A DNA stretch of 52,295 nt from Alphaproteobacteria bacterium (lineage in GTDB: Bacteria; Pseudomonadota; Alphaproteobacteria; JBFXJJ01): positions 1 to 52,295 of the forward strand of contig JBFXJJ010000015.1 in the NCBI GenBank assembly GCA_050175015.1, read 5' to 3'. This document shows positions 45,215-52,295 of this stretch, piece after piece; position 1 is the stretch's first letter, and every line of letters begins with the position of its first letter. A program made the translations under genes and the position numbers. The notes below the pieces were generated by a model, which saw nothing but the letters and a program-made list of their open reading frames with translations, did not search any database and was not told where the DNA came from.

Positions 45215-46015
45215 TTATACTTCTATTAGATTTGTAGGTTTGCGGTTTTCATCAAAAAGAACGGCGGCTAATTTGCCTCCTCGTCCGCTGCCACTGTCTA
45301 TTGTCGCAAAATGGCGGGAAAAGACAGGTTCTCCAAATTTTGAGGCAAAACCTCTTATGACACGTTTAATTCCTTGATAAGGAGTATCATCTTGATAATC
45401 TCTTGAGAAACTCCACCAAAAATTATCATTTTGGCTTGATAAAGGAAGATTTATATTAATGCCTGCGCTAGTAAAAAGCAGTTCGTTGTCATCAGTTTTG
45501 GCGGCATGCTTTAAAGATTCAACATATGCGGCGTGTCCATCACATAGTGCAAAATTTTCAGCTAAATCTCTCGTCCAGTGTGATAAGGCTACAGCTCCTT
45601 TGGCTGCTAAATCAAGACCTTTTTGAGAATCTCCGCCGTAAGCTTTGATTGTCGCATCAATCCCATTTTGCAGCATCCATTCTAAAACATAGGAAGGATT
45701 GGAAGCGAGATGAAGGCACAAAAGCTTGCACCACATTTCCTCAGTAGCTCCTCTCAAAATTATAATGTCATCACTGTCAGCATCAGTTGAATTTAGAAGA
45801 GCATCTTTAAACAGAATAGTTTCATTGATTGCTCCTTTAACATCGGGGCCAAATCCCATAATGTTTCCGAGATAAATAATGATATCATCTTTTTGATAGA
45901 GTTCAGAAATAGAGCGGTGCAAAACGTGAAGACGTTCAGATTCTCCACAAACAGAAGCTATTGCCCAGATTCGGCTTTTCTTTTGAATGTTAGATATTTT
46001 GCTTTTTTCAGACAT
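45215..46015 (-). CDS. Calcineurin-like metallophosphoesterase homolog with degenerate metal ligands
   Basis: IWAIASVCG (DxHG), YLGNIMGFG (GDxxDRG), LRGATEEM (GNHE), FTSAG (FVHAG), IRGF (GH), IDSG. Confidence 0.75.
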   Translation of the reverse strand: MSEKSKISNIQKKSRIWAIASVCGESERLHVLHRSISELYQKDDIIIYLGNIMGFGPDVKGAINETILFKDALLNSTDADSDDIIILRGATEEMWCKLLCLHLASNPSYVLEWMLQNGIDATIKAYGGDSQKGLDLAAKGAVALSHWTRDLAENFALCDGHAAYVESLKHAAKTDDNELLFTSAGININLPLSSQNDNFWWSFSRDYQDDTPYQGIKRVIRGFASKFGEPVFSRHFATIDSGSGRGGKLAAVLFDENRKPTNLIEV

Positions 46016-46060
46016 AAGCTCTGTTTTCGCTTTCTAAAAGTTTTTAAGTTTTATATATAA

Positions 46061-46103
46061 ATACGGCTATGATATGCTTAAGACAAGCAAAACATAGCCG
46101 TAT
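46061..46103 (-). terminator. Hairpin/terminator after carD
   Basis: ATACGGCTATG...CATAGCCGTAT. Confidence 0.6.
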
Positions 46104-46111
46104 ATAAAACA

Positions 46112-46609
46112 TTAAGCAACTTGAAGAATTTTTGTTAGTTTAATTGTTGCCTCTTCAGTGTTGGTTTTTTCAAGAGCTGCGAGTTCGTGAGCAAGCCTAT
46201 CCAATGCTTGTTCATAGATTTGGCGCTCACTGTATGATTGTTCTGGCTGAGATGCACTGCGGTGCAAATCCCGAACAACCTCAGCAATAGAAATAGGGTC
46301 TCCAGAGTTTATTTTTGCTTCGTATTCTTGAGCTCTGCGACTCCACATAGTCTTTTTTACTTTAGCTTTGCCTTTTAAAGTGGTAATGGCATTTTCCATT
46401 ACTTTTTGAGAGGAAAGTGATCTAAGTCCTGATTGCTCGGCCTTAGTAACAGGGACTCTAAGTGTCATTCTATCTTTATCAAAACGAACGACAATAAGTT
46501 CAAGTTCCTGACCTGCTACAACGTGTTTTGAAATATCTGTTATTTTACCGACGCCATGTGTTGGGTATACAACAAAATCACCAGAATTAAAGGAGTGCTC
46601 TCTTGACAT
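46112..46609 (-). CDS. carD: CarD/CdnL-family transcriptional regulator
   Basis: VVYPTHGVG, MWSRRAQEYEAKINSG, EVVRDL, QSYSERQIYE.A. Confidence 0.96.
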   Translation of the reverse strand: MSREHSFNSGDFVVYPTHGVGKITDISKHVVAGQELELIVVRFDKDRMTLRVPVTKAEQSGLRSLSSQKVMENAITTLKGKAKVKKTMWSRRAQEYEAKINSGDPISIAEVVRDLHRSASQPEQSYSERQIYEQALDRLAHELAALEKTNTEEATIKLTKILQVA

Positions 46610-46773
46610 TATTAAATTATCTCCTGAAAAAAGCTTGTGAAAGAAAGTAAACTATAAGGGAAACGTATAAAAGAGGCGAATCCAAAATTTACGTACAATG
46701 TTATATCATAAAAAAAGGAAAAATAACAGAGATATTATTTAAAATTTTATAAATTTTTTAGTCAATAATAAAA

Positions 46774-46824
46774 AAAAATACCTATAAAACATACTGAAAA
46801 AATCAGCTTTTTATAGGTATTTTT
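46774..46824 (-). terminator. Terminator after ferredoxin
   Basis: AAAAATACCTATAAAA...TTTTATAGGTATTTTT. Confidence 0.7.
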
Positions 46825-46854
46825 AGTATAAATAAAATAATTTTAAATTAAAAA

Positions 46855-47094
46855 TTATTCAGCAGCATTAGGCCATTCTTTTGATTTTTCTGCGTTGAAT
46901 GTTACCCATTTTTCATCAGCTTCATCATCTGTTGAAATTGCATCTTCAGGACATTCAGAAATGCAAACGCCACATTCAATGCATTCATCAGGGTCAATAA
47001 CGACCATGTTTTCACCAAGATGGAAAGCGTCCACAGGGCATACACCAACGCAGGTTTTGCAAAGAACGCAAGAATCGTTAACAACAGATACCAT
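46855..47094 (-). CDS. fdxA: Dicluster ferredoxin (FdxA position)
   Basis: [12 protein letters not shown] and [12 protein letters not shown]; KW..FN.E.S..WP; upstream of carD as in alphaproteobacteria. Confidence 0.92.
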   Translation of the reverse strand: MVSVVNDSCVLCKTCVGVCPVDAFHLGENMVVIDPDECIECGVCISECPEDAISTDDEADEKWVTFNAEKSKEWPNAAE

Positions 47095-47224
47095 ATTTAT
47101 TCTCCTTGAATATTTTTATTTTAAAGTTAGAAAAAGTTCCACAAGGTTTTCTTGCAATATTTTTTAACTTATTGCAAGTCTAAAAAGAATAAAAACAACT
47201 AAAGTTATAATTTTTGGAAAAAAC

Positions 47225-47253
47225 CTTGAAATTATACTCTTCGCAACACATAT
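47225..47253 (+). promoter_or_regulatory. Putative RpoH (sigma32) promoter of htpG
   Basis: CTTGAA-N16-CACATAT 30 bp before a heat-shock gene. Confidence 0.6.
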
Positions 47254-47283
47254 GTAAAAAAGTTCAAAAACAAGAGGAAAAAT

Positions 47284-49146
47284 ATGTCAGAAAAACTTGC
47301 CTTTCAAACTGAAGTATCAAAACTTTTGAATATAGTGGTTCATTCTCTGTATTCAGATAAACAAATTTTTTTAAGAGAGCTTATCTCAAATGCATCTGAT
47401 GCTTGTGATAAATTGCGCTATATGGCGATAACAAAGCCTGGCATCGCGGAAGGTGATGGAGGGTTTAGAATTGAGATTATTCCAGACAAAGAAAAGAATA
47501 CTCTGGAAATCAGAGACAATGGCGTTGGTATGAATAAGCACGATTTAATTCACGAATTGGGAACTATTGCTCGTTCTGGAACGCAGGAATTTTTAGATGG
47601 AATAAAAAACAGTCCTCGTGAGGATATTAATCTTATTGGTAAATTCGGTGTTGGTTTCTATTCGGCATTTATGGTTGCTGATAAAGTAGAAGTAAGAAGC
47701 CGCAAAGCAGGAGAGGAACTTGGGTGGCTTTGGACATCTGATGGAATTAATGGCTTTGAAATAACTGAAGCTGAGGATGTTAAAAGAGGAACCAGTATTT
47801 TACTTTATCTAAAAGAAGACCAAAAAGAATATGCTGAGAGCATTAGGATTCGTAATATTGTTAGAACCTATTCTGACCATGTTGCTCACCCTGTAATTTT
47901 AGTAAACAAGGGTGAGGTTGAAACCATAAATTCAGCCTCAGCTTTGTGGACCCGAAATAAGAATGATGTTACTGATGAGCAGTATAAAGAATTTTACCGC
48001 CACGTAAGCCACGCTTTTGATGAACCAATGATAACCCTTCATTATAAAGCCGAAGGCGCCATTGAATATACCGGACTTTTGTTTGTGCCGTCGCAACAGC
48101 CATTTAATTTGTTTCAGCCCGATCGAAAAACTAATTTAAAATTATATGTTAACAGGGTTTTTATCTCCGACAAGCTTGATGATTTTCTTCCTGGTTGGTT
48201 AAGATTTGTAAAAGGGGTAATCGATTGCAAAGATTTGCCGCTTAACATCAGCCGTGAAATGCTGCAGCAAAATCCAATTATGACTAAAATGAGGAATGGC
48301 TTAATTCGTCGTTTGCTTGATGAATTTGGAAAAGTTGCTAAAGACAAGCCTGACGATTACAAGAAATTTATTGAAAATTTTGGCTCAGTATTAAAAGAGG
48401 GGCTTTACGAAGATTTTGAACGCCGTGAAGACATAGCATCTCTTTGCCGCTTCTATTCTTTTGCTAAAAAAGAATATATTAGCCTTGATGACTATATCGC
48501 TTCAATGCCGGTTGATCAGAAAAATATTTACTATCTAGCTGGTGATAATGTTGATGTTATTAGTAAAAACCCGCAATTAGAGGGATTTGAAGCTCGAGGA
48601 GTTGATGTCTTGTTGCTCAGCGATCCAATAGATGAGTTTTGGCCTCAGGCTCTTACTTCTTATAAAAATAAAGAGATTAAATCGGTTCATCATGTATCTG
48701 ATGATTTGTCGTCAATACCCCTTAAAGATAACTCATCAAAAGAAGCAAAAGCATCAGAAGACGATATTAAGGCTCTTTGCGACAAGATGAAGAATATTTT
48801 TGGTGATGAAGTTAAAGAGGTTAGAAAAACCGAGAGATTAACGGTAAGTCCTGCCTGTTTAACCACAGGTGAGGGTGAAATGAGTATTCATCTTGAGCGT
48901 TTAATGAGACAGCATCAGCAGAAAGCTCTTTATGATAGTTCAAAAATTTTTGAAATTAATCCATATCACGATTTAATAGGGGTTTTGGCATCCAATGTAA
49001 AAGCCAAAGGTGACAGTGATGTTTTTAAAGATGCTGTTTTGCTGCTGTTAGATCAAGCTCGTATCGTAGAAGGTGAGCAAGTTAAAGATCCTTCTTTGTT
49101 TTCTAAGAGAATGACGTCATTTATGACTAAAGGAATAGAACTTTAA
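47284..49146 (+). CDS. htpG: Chaperone HtpG (Hsp90)
   Basis: FQTEV, YS.K.IFLRELISNASDA, DNGVGM, IGKFGVGFYS.F, LPLNISRE.LQ. Confidence 0.98.
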   Translation: MSEKLAFQTEVSKLLNIVVHSLYSDKQIFLRELISNASDACDKLRYMAITKPGIAEGDGGFRIEIIPDKEKNTLEIRDNGVGMNKHDLIHELGTIARSGTQEFLDGIKNSPREDINLIGKFGVGFYSAFMVADKVEVRSRKAGEELGWLWTSDGINGFEITEAEDVKRGTSILLYLKEDQKEYAESIRIRNIVRTYSDHVAHPVILVNKGEVETINSASALWTRNKNDVTDEQYKEFYRHVSHAFDEPMITLHYKAEGAIEYTGLLFVPSQQPFNLFQPDRKTNLKLYVNRVFISDKLDDFLPGWLRFVKGVIDCKDLPLNISREMLQQNPIMTKMRNGLIRRLLDEFGKVAKDKPDDYKKFIENFGSVLKEGLYEDFERREDIASLCRFYSFAKKEYISLDDYIASMPVDQKNIYYLAGDNVDVISKNPQLEGFEARGVDVLLLSDPIDEFWPQALTSYKNKEIKSVHHVSDDLSSIPLKDNSSKEAKASEDDIKALCDKMKNIFGDEVKEVRKTERLTVSPACLTTGEGEMSIHLERLMRQHQQKALYDSSKIFEINPYHDLIGVLASNVKAKGDSDVFKDAVLLLLDQARIVEGEQVKDPSLFSKRMTSFMTKGIEL

Positions 49147-49163
49147 ATTAGTAATGAATAAAT

Positions 49164-49204
49164 AAAAAAAGGCTTATCTTATGTTCGTGAGGTAAGCCTT
49201 TTTT
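49164..49204. terminator. Bidirectional intrinsic terminator
   Basis: AAAAAAGGCTTATCTTA...TGAGGTAAGCCTTTTTT. Confidence 0.85.
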
Positions 49205-49374
49205 GTTAAATTATTTAGTGAAATAATCTTATAGTATCTTTCACTATTTTTTATAATATAAATTTTGCTCACTATGTTTACTGTCAAGCTATAAGTATAG
49301 AGTTATAAATTTAGTATTTTAAGCTAAGATTTAAATATTGCTTTAAGTAAGGTTAAATATCTGAAATTTAAAGG

Positions 49375-50658
49375 TTATTTTCTAACCATCACGGTTCCAA
49401 TGCGCTTTTTCCTAAGGTCTGACAGTAAAAGACGTTGAACGTGTCTTCCTTGGAACATCGTGACCCCAAGTTTTTGCCCAGCTTCAATAGCATCATTATC
49501 ATCAATTCGGCAAAAAATGATTCTGCCCCCGCCAATACGTTTAATGTTATCCAAAGCTGAAGGACCATTAATAACAGCAGATGCTAATTCTTGATTCCAA
49601 ATTATTTTAACCATATCAGCGCCGAGTTTAAGACGGTCAATGTAAGGCATAGTTTCAACGGAGATGCCATCAATGCAAATTCGATAACCTCTCTCTTTAG
49701 CAAAATCCCTAGCTAGAATGTATGAGGACAAATCGCTGAAAATATCAACAGGCTGCATCTCAATAACAATAGTTGAGCGCATAGATGCGTTGATGTTGTC
49801 ATCAAAGGTTAGAAAGTCATTCGAGAGGACGGTTGAAACATTAAGGTTAATACTAAAATTGCCATTTAAGGTGCCGTCATCGTGCTTGTTAATATTAGAA
49901 AGAACTTTTTTATCTAAAGTCTCGGTCATATGCTGAAACAGCCATGGTGTAAGGATAAAATTAACATTAGGCAAAATTGTTTCTCTTAAATCGGTAATAG
50001 AAACAAATACTTCATCAAATAATGATTGCGGCATTGCTTTTCCTACAATGGCGCAGACTGACTGCCTTCTAATCATATTGGCAAAATCGGTATTAAGCAG
50101 AGATTTTTCAACTTTTGCCAACATTGCAGGTGTTAAAGGTGATCCTTTAGGTTTTTGTTCTGTTATGAAGGTAATTTGAGGTTTTTTCTCAGTTTTAGGC
50201 GGTTCAGGAATGATTTCATTTTTCATAGCGGGGTTTTCGCTAGGCTGAAACTGAGAGGCTTCCTTTACCATTTCAATCATATTTGGGATATCTTTGGATA
50301 AATTGCCATCTATAATAAACTGGTTGTCATCATCATAATTTGCAAGTAAAGGATCATCTGCAAACATAAAATTAAATTTAACTTTAAACGCTTCGACTTC
50401 ATCTTTGATATGTTCATCATAAAAGAAAATAAAATCGTCATTTATTAATGAGTAAAGTTTACCTCTTTTGCTATCAGTTAATTCTTTGAATGTTTCATTG
50501 ATGGTTCTAAAGTGGTGAGGCTTACGATTGTCAGGCTGAAGCTTAGACATTTGAATGTATAGAGCATATTGTCCAAAAGCTCTGTTTTCCAGCCTTTTTA
50601 AATGATCAATAACCAAGTGGGCAGTTGGCGCTAAATTAGTTGAGATTCCACTTTCCAA
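49375..50658 (-). CDS. Degenerate EAL-domain protein
   Basis: RRQ.V, E.FVS, SINLN, VIE, ICIDG, DMVKI, FQG; N-terminal SKLQP.N domain. Confidence 0.8.
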   Translation of the reverse strand: MESGISTNLAPTAHLVIDHLKRLENRAFGQYALYIQMSKLQPDNRKPHHFRTINETFKELTDSKRGKLYSLINDDFIFFYDEHIKDEVEAFKVKFNFMFADDPLLANYDDDNQFIIDGNLSKDIPNMIEMVKEASQFQPSENPAMKNEIIPEPPKTEKKPQITFITEQKPKGSPLTPAMLAKVEKSLLNTDFANMIRRQSVCAIVGKAMPQSLFDEVFVSITDLRETILPNVNFILTPWLFQHMTETLDKKVLSNINKHDDGTLNGNFSINLNVSTVLSNDFLTFDDNINASMRSTIVIEMQPVDIFSDLSSYILARDFAKERGYRICIDGISVETMPYIDRLKLGADMVKIIWNQELASAVINGPSALDNIKRIGGGRIIFCRIDDNDAIEAGQKLGVTMFQGRHVQRLLLSDLRKKRIGTVMVRK

Positions 50659-50675
50659 AACTTTAAGCCTGCAAT

Positions 50676-50692
50676 TTAATTAAACATTAACC
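50676..50692. promoter_or_regulatory. Putative CtrA-binding site
   Basis: TTAATTAAACATTAACC = TTAA-N7-TTAAC just upstream of the EAL gene. Confidence 0.45.
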
Positions 50693-50770
50693 CTTATTTA
50701 TATTCTATAGACTACATAATAAATAAAATTAAAAGAAACAACAACACAAGATATTCTTAATGTTGATTAT

Positions 50771-52078
50771 TTAAATTGATTTTATATCAGGCATAACATC
50801 AAGTTGAGCCTGATTAGGGCATTCCTTTCTAGGGCGCCCTGTAAGCACAGATCTACGAGCGATACATTGTGCCAAGGTGCATCTTGCACCATATTGACAA
50901 GAAGTTTTTCCCATCGCACCTGTCATAGCATCAAGAAAATATCCTTGAAAAACTTTAATACCTGCTTCTAAGCCCCATTTGATACCATCTTCAGAGTCAC
51001 ACCTAGCTAAAACAATTTTTTCTGGTGGTATTTGATCTATAAGATCTTTAGGACTGAATTTTTGATTTTTATCAGCAATTCCTGGCGACCATATTAGTTT
51101 AACATAATCAGGGTCGAGTAGATTGATATCTATGAATTGCAAAGATATTGCCGATAAACTGTCGATTAATATTTTATGACCATCTTGCCGTAAAAGTTCT
51201 TTTGCTTGATTATAATTATTAATGTTTTGGAAAATATCCATCAACTGAACTTCAACCGTTATTTTTTGATTGTTGAGGGCTGCAAATCTTTTAAAAGTTG
51301 CGAACTCTCTCGTAAAGATGGTTGAAATATTTAAATTAAGATTGAGCGTAGGAGGTTTGCTAAACAGTTTTACCTGAGTTAAAACAGAAAGCATTCTGCG
51401 ATCAAGAGCTTCGGTTAGATGCTGAAAAATCCAGCGGTCACCTAGAATGTTTATATCGGGAGCCACAATTTTTTTCAAATCGGCAATCGATGTAAAATAT
51501 TCTTGAAAAACAACGCTGGCATCATTTTTGGCTTTAATTGCTATTGCAGACTGCCGTCTTATTACTTCTGCAACATTAAGCGTTTCTAAATTTTTTAAAA
51601 CAGAATCTAAATCTTCGGGTTCAATATTTCTTGATTTAGTCTGTGTAGAAGCATTTTGTTTGTTTTCTAAAGCTGCATTATACGCTTTGTTAACTTTCCC
51701 AAACAAAACATTAAAATCGCTTTCAACGTTATAAATTTCAGAAAAATCCGTCTCAGGTGAATCATAAACCAAAGGATCAGCCTGAAGCATATCTCTGACT
51801 TTATAAATAGTCTCATCAGCAAGAGCAAAACTGATTCCTTTTCCAAGCACAACCATGTCGCTGTTAGAAAAAGCAAAAAGCCGGCTTTGGGAAGTATGTA
51901 TGAGTTGGTCAAACATCCTAACAATGATTTTTAATTGTTTGGGCTGTTTATTTTGTGGCTTTAGTTTAGAGAGATTCATATAAATCGCTAAAAATCCAGA
52001 CGGATTGCGTTTGACTCTATTTAGTGTATCCAACAGTTGTTGTTCAGGATAAGAAATAGTTTTAACGTCAGTCATCAA
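50771..52078 (-). CDS. Degenerate EAL-domain protein with C-terminal Cys motif (paralog)
   Basis: SKLKPQN, RRQ, EYFTS, LNLNLN, VEVQLMD, LIDS, DYVKL, FQGY; tail C-x5-C-x4-C-x14-C. Confidence 0.8.
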   Translation of the reverse strand: MMTDVKTISYPEQQLLDTLNRVKRNPSGFLAIYMNLSKLKPQNKQPKQLKIIVRMFDQLIHTSQSRLFAFSNSDMVVLGKGISFALADETIYKVRDMLQADPLVYDSPETDFSEIYNVESDFNVLFGKVNKAYNAALENKQNASTQTKSRNIEPEDLDSVLKNLETLNVAEVIRRQSAIAIKAKNDASVVFQEYFTSIADLKKIVAPDINILGDRWIFQHLTEALDRRMLSVLTQVKLFSKPPTLNLNLNISTIFTREFATFKRFAALNNQKITVEVQLMDIFQNINNYNQAKELLRQDGHKILIDSLSAISLQFIDINLLDPDYVKLIWSPGIADKNQKFSPKDLIDQIPPEKIVLARCDSEDGIKWGLEAGIKVFQGYFLDAMTGAMGKTSCQYGARCTLAQCIARRSVLTGRPRKECPNQAQLDVMPDIKSI

Positions 52079-52295
52079 ATTCTCTAACTTTTTTGTTCAC
52101 CTAAAACCCTAATCTACCTATGATAGCGAAGTTACTCAATAAAAAATATCAAAAATTAAAATAATTTTAAAATAATTTGTAAATAAAGATTGAAAGAACA
52201 GGCTTCATTGTTTAAAAATTTTTAAAATAAATATTCTATATGGGGCAGATATGTCATTGAAAAAAAAACTAAAAAATGAAATTAACAGTATTAAA

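Noticed and set aside
1-52295. CRISPR array, prophage, rRNA or alternative genetic code
   Set aside because: No repeat-spacer array, phage or rRNA sequence recognised; conserved genes translate fully in the standard bacterial code

Overview
AT-rich chromosomal segment of an alphaproteobacterium. Gene content and order are Rhodospirillales-like: dksA-fliX<>flgI-flgJ-flgN-flgK-flgL, maf-rng-yacG-tRNA-Phe, carD-fdxA, rpmH-rnpA-yidD-yidC-engB. Several genes point to an anaerobic lifestyle, so an uncultured RF32-type lineage is possible (inference). It is almost certainly a contig start, because bases 1-24 are Illumina adapter. It holds about 50 CDS, two tRNAs (Arg-ACG, Phe-GAA), many intrinsic terminators, a textbook sigma54 promoter for flgI, a probable RpoH promoter for htpG, a Fur/Irr/PerR-type palindrome before dps and two CtrA-type boxes. 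I saw no CRISPR array, IS element, integrase or prophage. The most interesting parts are: (1) two paralogous HExxH...E metallopeptidases flanking an unknown protein, with effector-like basic C-terminal tails shared with a third orphan; (2) a giant, very acidic FlgL with about 4.5 inserted beta-rich repeat modules; (3) a coupled pair of membrane spermidine-synthase-like/methyltransferase genes, one degenerate, directly upstream of an orphan Flp pilin and peptidase; (4) a tandem pair of degenerate EAL proteins, one with a 4-Cys tail; (5) a class I (eukaryote-type) cyclic-nucleotide phosphodiesterase-like protein; (6) several intact-ORF pseudoenzymes (Doc without its catalytic His, a metallophosphoesterase without metal ligands, a single-lobed SBP); (7) an FdxA whose 7Fe motif is shortened to an 8Fe motif. 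All family calls come from motif recognition by eye, not database searches.
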